A stretch of 43,954 bases of DNA, the filler included, from Jimgerdemannia flammicorona (Eukaryota), in the NCBI GenBank assembly GCA_003990765.1. It is 2 parts of 2 records of this genome, joined end to end, with 100 filler letters (N's around TTAATTAATTAA, not from the genome) between each part and the next. Parts side by side here need not be neighbours in the genome. Positions count along the whole stretch, not along the records: positions 22,030 to 43,954 come from RBNJ01001365.1; 1 more part is not named here. One strand, given 5' to 3'. Positions 22,071 to 34,290 of this stretch are shown in pieces. Under the pieces are notes generated by a model. That model made no database searches. It had not been told where the DNA came from and saw only the letters and a list, made by a program, of their open reading frames with translations. A program made the position numbers and the translations under genes. Every line of letters starts with the position of its first letter. Positions within the stretch are counted from its first letter, which is position 1.

Positions 22071-22357
22071 CTTAACAGGTCATCATAGCGCTCCTCTTCC
22101 TGTGCTCCATCCCATGGAAATGAGAAAGCATGCTGATAGCCAGGGACTTGTCAAAACGGCATGGCCGTTTGAAAAGTAGAAATCTGTAAGATTCCAACAC
22201 CGAATGTACTATGTACAGTCGAAGGACGCCAACCCCGGATCAGCGCGGAGAATAGTGGCGTGCGCTTCTTCTGGGGACGAAGGTCGTCAACATTGTCGTT
22301 AGCCGGGCCATCGTCGCGTTTGGATATGGCGCAATATAAAGTATGAAGATAGAGCAT
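22071..22357 (-). pseudogene. Fragment of a spliced gene of unknown product, running into the gap
   Basis: CpG-rich unique sequence; acceptor TTACAG near 22184; exon ISTFQTAMPF*QVPGYQHAFSFPWDGAQEEERYDDLL; donor GTAAGG at 22070. Confidence 0.35.
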
Positions 22358-22457
22358 ACTGCTTACAAGTAAATGAGACGATTTTTGCAGCTATGCTCAT
22401 AGTCAGTTTCATCAGAATTGTCTCCTGCCTCCTTATGGCTATCAAGTTTTCCGAAAA

Positions 22458-23100
22458 CGTTCGATGATCCCTACTTGTTGTTAGCAACGAAGTAAAGGCG
22501 GCGGAAAAGATGCCCAAGGTGTTTAGTTGTTGCGGCTGGTTTGAACGTTCGATGATCCTTGCTTGTTCGTTGTGGGAACACGGATATTGTAAAGGTGGCA
22601 AAGGAGATGCCCGAGTGGTGCCGTTGTTGTGTTGCCAAAATCCGAAGGCATTGGAGGATGATTTTTTTTTTTTGCCGCAAAAGCCGGCTTTCCATAATCC
22701 CTCCTTGTTCGTTGTTGGAAAATGAAAACAAATGTTGTAAAGGCAGCGTCGGAAATGCCAGAGTTGTTTCGCCGAAACCCGTGCGCACTGGTGGATGTTG
22801 ATTTTCTGCAAAGCCGCCACTTTCGTTCGATAATCTCTTCTTTCTTCTTGAAAATGAAAACGAATGTTGTAAAGGCGTCGTCAGAGTTGCCCGAATTGTG
22901 CTGTTGTTGCATCACCGAAATCCGTGCGCACTGGCAGATGTTTTCCAACGAATGCCGCCACCTTTTTTTGCAAATGAAGTTTCACATTATCGATGAGAAA
23001 TCAATATAGAGCCCTTTCCATAAAGTTGAGAAATTCTTCGCTTTTTCTGCCTTGTTCGTGGATAGAAAACAAATACAAAGTGGAGGAGATGTCCGAGTCA
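22458..23100. repeat. Array of about five diverged 90-140 bp direct repeats with CpG retained
   Basis: Recurring GATAATCCC/GATGATCC..CTTGTTCGTTG..TGTAAAGG..GATGCCCGAG..CCGTGCGCACTGG..GCCGCCAC. Confidence 0.7.
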
Positions 23101-24385
23101 CTTTGCTGCAGTCTAACACACTTAGGCGCGATTTGTCAATATCGTGATTGTGATCGATCTACTTAAACAAGATAAGGTGGGCTGGGTTACCTTGAAGGGA
23201 CAGAAGGCCTATCGTTGTCAGCTTGATTATTATTCTGGACGTTCTGGTGAACGACACCCGGAATTGTGGAGTCAATGTAATGTCAGGTGTAGTGTAAGGA
23301 GTGAAGGTAGTGTCGGACATAGTTTTGGAAGCGGAGTGAACGTAGTGTTGGAGGATTGGGAGTGGAGAGTAGGGTTGGAGGGAATTGGAAAAAAAAAAAA
23401 AGGATAATTCGGCGGCCAGTGAGTGACTACGAATCTTTTGAAGTTGTGGCTATAAAGCGTTAGTTGTTTGAGCTTTCACAATAACCTCCCGCAGTCCTTT
23501 AATAATCATATCATTGCCAACGTAATACTAAAAAATATAATATAATAAATACAATTTATGATATATAATTATTTAATTAGAATTTGAATTCAGAGGAAGA
23601 CATTTTTTTTTTTATTTGTTAACAAAAAATAAATTATTAAAAAATAATATTTAATATTAACTTTATTATATCTAATACTTCCAATAAATTCAATGGAGTC
23701 AACCTCTATTTTATTTGAATCTTTTAAATTATATCAAAAAATAAATATAGTAATTTGAACTTATTTCGCCTCAGGGTACGCACGGTCCCGAGTCATAATG
23801 TTGGTAGCCCGGGTGGGGTGCCAAGTACGAAAGAAAACCGATCCAAGAGCTCTAAGCCCTCGAGCGAAGCGCAGAATAAAAAAAGTACCCTGATCATACC
23901 CTGCAGCGTGATAATCGATTAGTTTTACCCTAGGGTACCAGTTTGCAGGCTTAAAGGTCAGGTGCATATGGTACCCTGGCACCTGACTAAACCTGCTTTA
24001 ATTGATGCAGAGTATTGTGCTCATTCAATCAGTGGAAAATTCTGCTCATCATCTCTCTATATATCTATATATATCACACTATACTATATATTTCCTTAGA
24101 TATTTTATCTATTATATTAGCATTATTATGGATAAGTTTTTATAATATTATATATATATAAGTTTATACAATTATTAGAAGAGTTTTAATAAAAATTTTA
24201 TATCAACCCTAATTTGATACTTATGTCCTCCAATCTGATCTCATAGTGAAAAAAAAAATTACAGACAAGATTGAATTGGAGTTAATGTAAATATTAGGAA
24301 GAATAAAAGATAGCTTGAAATAGTCAAAGTAGATATAAATACCAAGGAGAATTATAGACAGATATCAAGCTAATGAAGTATCTAT

Positions 24386-27300
24386 TAGTACTTAGAACAA
24401 ATCAAATCAAATTGAATTTGGACTAAATTCAATTTAATTCAAATAGTTCTTTTTTTTTTTTTTTTTTATAGTCACTTGGACTCCTTTCCTTTATTAATAC
24501 CCATCTATCCCATATAAATACAGTGATCCCACTCCCTATTCAATCCCCCTAGGGGGCCCCCCCCCTCCCTACCTCTTTCTGATGAAAGACTACTTTGTCT
24601 AACACCATCGCCACCCTCCCACTACTCTGCTCACAGATCCTTACCACCAAACTGCAATGTCGACCCCTCTGAGGACCCCAACCCACCCACCATCCAGTCA
24701 GCAGATCCCACAACAGCCCCTCCTATCTTAACACCTTCTCCTGCAGCCCCAACCACTGCCCCTCCTCAAATACAAAAAGCCAATGTCCTGCCAGTCCCAC
24801 CCATACTGCTAATACCCACCCTACAGTGAGTCAACTATCATCCACCCCATCTACAAGCCGAGATCTCAAGTCCTCCCAGCAACCCCCCTCCCCCACCAGC
24901 CTATGCCCCACACTCAATCTATCTCCTATTTTAGCCCAAAATTCCCCCAAAACCTCACACTCTTCCAGCCAATGTTCTGGTATCTGTACATGACCCTCAG
25001 CTCGCCCAACATCATAACACTCCTCACATTTGAATTGTCCACCCTCTACCAAATGCTCTATGTGGAAATTAGCATAACATTCCTCTGCAATATTCTCCAC
25101 CATACCACCCAGAACTTGGGAGGAAGCCACCTCCATACCTCTGCACTCCAAGACCAGATACCTGCCCAGTCCCACTCCTCACTAATCTCTGCTGCCTGCC
25201 AGCCACTCAGCCAAAGATCCTGGCCAAGCCCCTGCTAATACTCTACTCCCTCCCCAATATTGAATATAGCCAGTGGAGTACCCCCCAGGAGCAGTCTATC
25301 CCAACACCACATATTAGGCCCCCACACCACCCCCTCATTGCCTTGCCAGTGCAGGCCAATTCGGTGTGCTCTATCAGCCACTCCCCACCAAAAGCCCTTG
25401 AACTGCAGCCTCCGAATTCCATTCAGCCCTACCAAAGAGAGCAGATCTCCAGAGGACCCTCGAGGGGATGTTTGCATCTCCCACACCTTCTGCAGCAGAG
25501 GTACCCAACCTCCTCCCTGCAGTTCCACCACTCTCTTCAATCACCAGGCTTGTAAGCAGTGCAGCCTCTTAGGGAAATCCACTAGGCCAAGACCTCCTCT
25601 GACTACTGGTCTTACAAGAGTATCCCAACTAACCTGGGACCTCCTCCCTGCCCAAATCCAATCCCTAGCCACCTTCATCAGCTTCTTCACCACCTATGCT
25701 GGGAAGTCAAGGTGATATGCCATATACCACAGCTTGGAGAACCAATATATATTCAGGATTGATACCTGCTCTACTAGAGAGATATGGCAGCCTCCCCAAC
25801 CTCAAAGGGCCTCCCCCCAAATATTCACCCTGCTCTCTCACCACACTCATGGCAAGACAGAACCATATACAGAGAGGAAGATGCCCAGATACCGCACTAC
25901 CTCACCAGTAGGGACAATTGTTCCAATAATGTCCCCACCCACTAGCCCATTCCCTAGCACTATCATCTAACACTTATACCAGTTGAGCTTCACTCCCGAG
26001 TGAGCCTCATACCATTCCACAGTCTCCTGAAGTATCTCTACATCTGCCACAGACCCAAGTCCAACCACTATATCATCAGCAAAGGCCCCCACCTTCCACA
26101 CTATACCATATATAGAGAGCCCTGCCACCTTCCAGTGAATCCTATCCATCAATGGCTCCAGCAAAAGGGCATAGAGAATAGGGAACAGAGAGTCCCCCTG
26201 AGGAACTTCTCTTCTCAAGAAAAATACCCTCCCACAGTGACCATTATATGTCAGAGCTGCCCGACTACTTTCTAGCAAACTCAATATAGAGGCCCTAAAT
26301 CTTGGGGGCATACCAATTCAGTCCAATACCTTGCCCAGCCACACCTGCCATACATGGTCATAGGCCTTCTCCTGGTCCAAAAAGACCAACCTTCTATCTA
26401 GTCCACAGGCCTGGGCCCCTTTAATAACATCATGAACCCATGCAGTCCCATCTCTTATAAGTCTGCCCCCAACAAAGCCCTGCTGCTCCTCCCCCAGCAC
26501 CTGTTGGGCAACTTTTTGCAGCCTTGTGACAATCACCTTAGTCACTATCTTCCTGTCCATATCTAGAAGCATGATCAGCCTCCAGTTCTTCCAGTCTTCC
26601 CTCCTCCCCTTGTCTTTGTACAATAAGGCCACCAGTCTGAGATCCTGCTCTCCAACCCACTTACCACTCTGAAGGACATGGTCACAGAGAGCAGCCATCT
26701 CACCCAAAACTCCAGGGACATTTACCATCTTCTTCCAGAAGTCCCATGGTAATCCATCCTCCCCTGGTACTGTCCCAAGTTTAGTTGCTATCAGGATACT
26801 CTGGATCTCCTCTCCCTGCACTGGTAAGATCAAGTCACCCAGTCCAGCTACTTGCAGTGGCCCTCACTCTTCTAGTATATCCACAATCTCTGCCTCATCA
26901 GCACCCCCTTCTCCCTCACTCTACAAGCCCTGCTATCTCTTCTTCAAAACCCCTAAGATTTGTTGTGTGCTATGTACTATGTCCCCATCATCATCCAGGA
27001 CCCCATCCCACAGATGTCACACTCTCCTAGCTTTGAGAAGTCTTGATAAGTACCTAGTAGGCCACTCACCCTCCTCAAGCCCCTGCCACTATAGCCTAGC
27101 AATTATACCCTATATATGAGTCTCCTCCTCTTCCCTCAACACCTGTTGTAGTTCCACTATCTCCAATTTTGTCCTCTCTATCCTCCAATCCTCCACCTCA
27201 ACAACAGTGAGCAAATCCACCCACTCCATTTGTAGTCTCCTCAGCCTGCTGGAAGCACACCTTGTACACCTCCTCCTCTGCCTCCTGGCCTCTCTACCAG

Positions 27301-30300
27301 CTCCTCCCCAATAAACCCTTACAGCCTCTTTCAATCTCATCCAGCAGACAGCCACAGGCAAACCCTCATACCTCCAGATAAAAACTTTTGCCTGAATATC
27401 CTCCACCCACAATTCCCACAACCTCTTCTCAGCTAGCAGAGAGGAGTTAAGGCACCAATGTCTGGGTCCATCTCCACTCCCTCCAAACTGCCCCTGCCCC
27501 AACAGTCTCCAGTGATCAGACCATGGGCACCACTCTACTTCCAATGCCTTCCAAACATCCAAACCCCAGTACTCTGCCATCAGAATCCAGTCAATTCTTG
27601 TGCCCAAGCCATTCATCCAATGTATGTAGACCCTGGCATCACCCCACCTTGTTCTGCCCATATCCCCTAAAGAGCTCAACGTCTCCATCTCCTCCCATGC
27701 ATCCAGACCTCCACTTCTACCCCCAGCACTCCTCCCTCCATCAGTTCTGTCCAGATGCTGATCCCGAACCATATTAAAGTCCCCACTGAGAACATCAACC
27801 CCTTCCTCCAAGAGAATACTCTCCTCCAGCAGCCCCCTAATCCATGCAGTCCTCTCACCCCTAGCTACAGGGCAGTAGCAAGAGCCCACCTTTACTGAAT
27901 CTCACCCTGGCTGATGCCAATCTCCCCAGACCAAGCGATTGCCCCAGCTCCTGATTCCCCCCAAGTCTCCTCTGCCCTTCCTCACCAGAATCACTACCTT
28001 TCCAAACCAAGCAGTAGCCCCACCCCATTCTCTCCTCCTGCACCAAGTCCAAGTCATGTTCAGCAGCTAGTTCCCTCTCCCCAGCTTTCCATGCTGCCAA
28101 CTCTCCCAGAAGTTCTACCATTGCCCCATCTTCATGCTCCTCAAAGTCCTCCCAATACTCCAGACAGACCTCCTGCCAGAGCTACAGACCATGATGCTCT
28201 GCTCAACAGTATGTCGCCTGCTCACCAGCAACCACTCCCAGCTCTGCCTTCCTCACCTCATCAACCTCATATCCCTCCTTCTCCAGGAAAATTGCCAGAA
28301 TCTCCACCTTCAGTGCCTCCACTATTCCATTACCATGCAGAATCCATGTCCAATACTCCTCAGGCATCGCCCACAGGTCTACTTCCCCCAAAGCCTCTGC
28401 TGCAAAATTATCCATCACCTTGTGCATCTACAACAAGTTCCCCACCTCCTTCCCTCCTGGAGTCCCCAGCCACCCTGTATCCAATATTGTGGTGTTAGCT
28501 CCTACACTGGCAGCCTCATCCCACTTCTCCTCAGGGACATCCACCAGCTCATCCTCACTAACCACCACCACCTAACGCCCTTGTGCCACATCAGGGACCC
28601 CAAAGCACACCTGCTGGGCCCCCTGCATCCATATATCCTCCATCATCCCTCTCTTCCCAACTGGGCCCCTCCTGATAAGTGGGGGGGAGTGGCATCCAAC
28701 TCTGGCTCCCACACTTCAAAGGTACCATCAGCAAATGGGTTCTTGTCCAGCATCTTCCCAGCCTCTGCCTCCTTTGCCTCCACCTTCTCTTCTCCTTTAC
28801 CAGTCCAGATACTGGCCTTAATGTCTCCAGACTCCTTAGCTCCAATCAACTTCTTCTCCACCCCTCCTGTCATACTTACCAACAGCTCTCTCTGCCTCTT
28901 GTGTCCCTGGGCCTGCTCCTACTACTTCTTATCCATATGGATATGCTTCTCGCCCACAACCTCCAGATATATTGACTTCTCATACAGTTTCCAGGCCTTT
29001 GCCCTCCTCTCCACAGCACCACCCAACTCCTCCAGTGCCTCTAACAAGTCCTCCTCCTCCTCTTCACTCCCTTTCACCCTTGACACCTTGCAGACGATGA
29101 CCCCCTACATCAGCACTGAGGGCCAGTCACTTGTCTTCCCTGTGGCCTCCTTCTCTGCCAACTGAATCCTGACATCAATGTCACCTGTCCTGAAAGTTGT
29201 CCCCTCCTACAACTGAAAGTCAATGTCCATCATGTCACCATACTCTACCATAACCTCCTCTACCCTCCTCCTAGTCTCCTTCTTTGTCACCATGGGCACC
29301 CCCCTCACCAGAAGCTGCACCACCCTGGGATCCCACCTTAAGCACCTCACCATGGGGACCACTACCTCCCCAACCACCACTCCAGTCTTCATGGTCTCGT
29401 CCAGTAGGCCTGCCTCCTCAAAGCCCACCTCAACCCCCTCTAGGCCCTTCAAGAACTTCACCAAGGCTGTACCAGCCACCTACCTTGAAATAAGCCCCAG
29501 GACCATCCTCACCGTCACTACTAAGCCCCTGAAGCACAAGATAGCCACAAACTCTGAGATCGATTTCTTGAGCAACAGGGCTACCGCCAGTCCTGTTACA
29601 CCATCTGCCAGGTCCCCCTTCTGCATCGGGAACTCCTGTCCCCCCTGGCCATCAGCCATCACATCTCTTTTTTTTTCCTGATTTATCATCACACCACCAT
29701 CAGCAGTCACACCACTACCCCAGCCACTACTCCACTCCCTCCACCTCCCACCAGTGAAGACTTATCTCCCCTGGCATCTCCAACCTTCTGCTTCCCCTAC
29801 CCTCCTGCCTGTCCACTGCAGGCACCTACCAGCCAACCCCCAGCCCTTAGTGTATCTACAAAGCTCCCACCCTACTGCCCTCCAGCCCCCCCACCAGTGC
29901 TGCCTCTGCCACCTGAGCTGCCCAGTCCACTCGAGCCCCTGAAAGACCCCATCCCTAGTCCATACTCTCTCCCAACATGCTGTCAGTCGAAGGCCCCAGG
30001 TCCACCTGACCTAGGACATGCATCAGCTCGCTTGCTGGTTGATATCTCCTTAATATCTTTCTCCAATAAACGATTTGAAAGAGTGTTGTAAAGTGTGTGT
30101 AACATGAATTGTAGTGGAGAGAGATGTCAATCAGAGCAAGCAACTCATTAATTCAAATAGTTCAAATCAAATTGAGTGCCAATTCAATTTGAACTAATTC
30201 AAATTTGTATCTAATTCAATTCAAATTGAATTAAGTCATAATTTAAATTAAATTGAATTTGAAACTAAATATAATAAATACAAATATATGCAATATAACT

Positions 30301-31000
30301 CACAATATATATATATATATACTCTTCTAAAGTAATTATATCAGATATATCTTTTATCTTCTCTATAGAGAATACTATAATAATAGCCTCAATGTCAGAT
30401 ACAGCTTCAATATTCTAACTTCAACAAGTCTAGCTTCAATAAGTATAATCTTATCTAAGAAAGAAAAAGAAAAAGTATAAGAGCAATCTGGTATTTAGAA
30501 GGAGTTTATAAAAAAGTATAAGAAAAATAGAGATATTTTAATTAAATTTAATTAATATAAGATATCATATAAGGTTGTTGATGACTCAATAATATATTTA
30601 TGAGTATATTTTGATAAATTTCATAAGAGTTATCGAACAGAAGTAATAGAGTTATTATTTTTTTTTAAAAGTATAGTTTTTATTTAACTTGTTTGCTTTT
30701 TTTCATTTCTTATTATTAATTCATTACTATCTGATAATTCTCTAAATAGCCAAGATTCTCTATAAAGTTATTTTAAGACAAACTTATTTACTAAATTAGC
30801 TATAATAGCCAGTCTTTTACAGTTGTTGAGAATTTGGAGCTAAAAGATTTTTTTTTTCTTCTAAAACTAAACATTACTATTGCTTCTACTAAAACTGTAT
30901 GAAATAAAATTAGACTGACCTTTTAATGAAAATATAATACTATCAAAATTATACTATAGATAAGATTTAATATTTTAATATTGAATATAAATTCAAATAT
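24386..31000 (+). mobile_element. Old hAT relic (24386-24449 plus 30148-~31000) split by a LINE insertion
   Basis: TAGTACTTAGAAC at 24386 resembles TIR TAGTGCTCCGAAC; AATTCAAATT-type subterminal repeats continue on both sides of the LINE; decayed BED start QSGI*KEF (~30484) and DKLIY*ISYNSQSFTVVEN (~30777-30833). Confidence 0.6.
24450..30124 (-). mobile_element. Near full-length L1/Tx1-like LINE with poly(A) tail and 16-bp TSD; about 210 bp deleted at the ORF1/ORF2 junction
   Basis: Poly(T) 24450-24467; TTAATTCAAATAGTTC at 24434-24449 and 30148-30163; EN motifs GDFN, TRIDWIL, SDH; RT motifs PGEDG, FLDQEKAYDHV, VPQGD, FADD; deletion relative to 18515-18727 at ~28030. Confidence 0.95.
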
Positions 31001-32096
31001 TTCAAAGTTAAATAGTTTTGAATTAACCTTATTTTGATTTATTTATTTGAAAATAAAATATATCTGGTCAAATATTCTTTACTATTAATATATAGATATA
31101 TATCACTCAATATATATTATGACGTGCAGTTTGTATCTCTAGTTGCTTCAATACATGGCTCAATGTACCACTTGGTGGAGCATGTGGTATATGACTGAGT
31201 GCATTTGTGACAGTTGCGGGTCGATGGTCACATGATCAGTTCGTCCGATTCATATGGTGGAGGTTCTTGAATGTACATGGTTCATAGTGCAGTAGGGAAT
31301 CATTCGGGTCAACAGTTCAGTTGAACATTCATTCTTAACTTAAGTGTGGGTTCTGGTAGTTGTTCATTTACTGGCAGTCTTGTTCTAGTATCCTTGGGTT
31401 CCTTGGCTGGGTTTCTGGGCCTTGAATCTCGAATGGTGGTCCAAATGGCAGTTGGTTCCAAATGCATGACAGTTGGATCGAATGCACAATAGTTGGGTCG
31501 AATGTGTGATAGTTGGGCTGAATGCACAATGGTTGGGCTGGCAGGATCTCAGTGGCAGTTGGCGGTTTTTTGTGTGGCTTTCCTTTAGCAGTGGGTCTTT
31601 AAACTGAACTGAACAGTTTTTTGTATGGCTTTCCTTTAGCGGCGGGTCTTTAAACTGAACTGAATGGCTTTTCATGTAGCTTTCCTTAGTAGCGAATCTT
31701 GAATGTTTTCCATGGCAAGAGAAAATTCTTTAACTCAAACCTCGAGTGATTATTGCTCTAGTTATCTTGTTCTCAGAATTTATCCGGTCTCTTGGAGGCA
31801 GTGAGGTTTCTCTGTAATCCTTTTTACTTTTAAATACAAACTGACTGACTGAGGTTTATTCACTCTAAGATATAGGGTTATTTATACAAATTTGCTAGCT
31901 ATGGGGGGGGGGGCTAAGGTAGACTACGTTGTAGTGGTTTAATTGCTGAATATGGGTGCAACAATTGTTTGCGCCGAATTGGGATAAGATGAGTGCTAGT
32001 GCTGGATATGGATGTTGTGGGTGGTATTGCTGAAAACAGATGTTACTGACTTGCTGACAAATGTTAGCTGACTGGACTGAGGAAATGGACATTGGA

Positions 32097-33022
32097 TCAC
32101 TGAATGGTAAAGTACCCTTCATCAGTGAACCAATCATCTTGCTGGGTTGTAACTTCTTCATCCCATTCTTCAAAGAGTAGGAGTGCCAGCCAGGAGGTGA
32201 GGGGGTAGAATTGTGGCCAATCATCTTTGATGACATTCTCCAACCCTTGGACTACTTGAAGGCGGACAGAGGATTGGTAGATTCTTTGTTCCTCCTCTTC
32301 TTCTTCCTCAGATCCTTCAGTTTCTGTATTGGTAGGGACTTCTGGGACTTCTTGATTTGGTTCCCAAATGATGAGGTGCGAATTATAGCTAACAGGGTGA
32401 TGAGTAGTTGGGGTTGCTCCAACAGGTGTTGTAATGGTAATGGGTGGTCCTTCGAAGATTTCCATGAGACTCATTAGGTGACCTTGATGGTTGTCTCGGA
32501 GTGGAGTAGTGTGAAAGCCTAGTTGAGTGGGCTTGGTTTGTTGGCTTCCTATGGCGACCCAGTTACTACCAATAAAGTCGGCTACTTCTGATTCTATCCA
32601 GTCTGCATCTTCAGTTGAGAGGCAGGCAAGACTTCCAGCAGTCACTTCTTGTAAGTGTGTTATAGCCCAGGGTATATAGCAGAAGATTTGGTGGATATGG
32701 AGGGCTCTCTTAATTAGCTGGCTGGTGGTTAACATTTTGGCAATGAGGTCTTCCTGGTCGCCTTCTTGGGTTTCATTACAAAGGCAGTGTCCAATTTCAT
32801 AATCATGCCAGAGGGTCATTTGTCAGTGGTATCTTTGAGCTATTGGGTCATTATGTACTGGTAATTGATGAAGTATCCAAGATCCTCGGTGTAGAAGTTC
32901 AGATGTTCAGAGGTGTCTGGGTGCCAAATAGCCTTCTTGATAGCTTCAAGGATTAGAGTCTTTGGGCCAGGCAAGGGGGAAGAGTGGTGGGAGGTCTGGT
33001 TGGGGTAGTGGATAGAAGACAT
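32097..33022 (-). pseudogene. Accessory ORF of about 300 codons, unknown function, embedded in the LTR U3
   Basis: ORFs 32840-33022 and 32097-32819 are one reading frame in the 5' LTR copy (YIMTQ*LKDTTERMTLWHDYEIG), apart from point stops. Confidence 0.55.
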
Positions 33023-33539
33023 TGTGTGGTGGGTACTTGTTCTTTGGTGCTGATTCCTGAGGCAGAGTATGGTTCTTTAAATAACATAGTCTTCCTTTTG
33101 GCTTGGATTATCATTGCTCCTTTTGGGGTGATCACCTAATGGATCAGGTGTCTATTCGATTGTCATGCCATTATGTCATCTGATCTTAGCAGTCACCAGT
33201 ACTCCATTGGCAATTGTATACATTACATCTGCCCCTTGCAAAATTAGAGCTGTCCTCGGTGGTGAGGGTTATACAGAGTTGGGTGGTCTTAACTCCAGAG
33301 ACAAGCAGAATGTTGGTGCATTTGTGAGGACTGGCCATCCTTGTCTAGGGCAAGGGCTTCCATAGTCATGGCTGGGGGTTTGAACCTATCAGAAATAGTA
33401 TTTCTTGTAATCTGAGGCAATTTCTTAGTAACAATGTCTGTCATGTGGATGGGCTTGAGTCTGGTTCCAACATTGTTGGCTTTCTTGAGTTCCAAGTAAA
33501 ATGTCCATTATATCTCTGGTGGAGATGACACAGACAGAG

Positions 33540-34290
33540 TAAACAGGATTGTTCAAATGCATTTTGCTTCTCTTAAGTAATAGAGTCTTATGCAGTTGTG
33601 GTGTATCTTGATCTTGAGTATAACTCTGTTCCAGGTCTTGAGTTGATAAGTGTGGTTCAAGAATACTTAGTGTATGAGATAGGGGCCTTCCTATTTTGGT
33701 TCAAGCTTGGCACTCCAATTTCCTTCTATGATGGTACGGTACACCAGAACCTTTTGTCCAATGAGCAGGGGTTCGAGGTCAGCTTTGCGGTCATAGTATC
33801 TCTTTTGTCATTCTTGTGCCTTGGCGATAAATCCTCATGCTTGCTGGCATATGTCATATAACTGGGTGATCTCTTCTGTAACTCATTTTGACAGATCTAG
33901 CTGGACTGGTTTAGTAGGATCTTGTGCTTCTCGGCCATATACCAAATAGAAGGGGGTCTGTTGGGTAGTGGTTGCCTGTAGGTAGTAGGCCATTGTTGGT
34001 TATAGCTTGATCTTGAAGTTGCTCGCAAAGGTCTTCATGGCTTGGTTGATGAATTCTCGGCCTTGGTCTGTAATGATTTCCTTGGGCACACCATGGCGGC
34101 TGAAAATTTCATCATACAGGATCCCAATAATTGTCTGGGCATCAGTAGTCTCAATGGCAAAGACTTTAGGCCATTTTGTCAGATGGTCTTCAATAGTGAG
34201 GATGTAGCATCTTCCTTGGCGGGTTACTGATAGGGTCCAATAATGTCTATTCCCAGTCTTTGAAAGGCTCCAGCTGGTGCTGCGATTGGT
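33540..34290 (-). pseudogene. Gypsy integrase core and GPY/F region, with deletions
   Basis: FQRLGIDIIGP; IEDHLTKWP; IFSRHGVPKEIITDQGREF; TPFYLVYGREA; KRYYD; KLEPK*EGPY. Confidence 0.9.
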
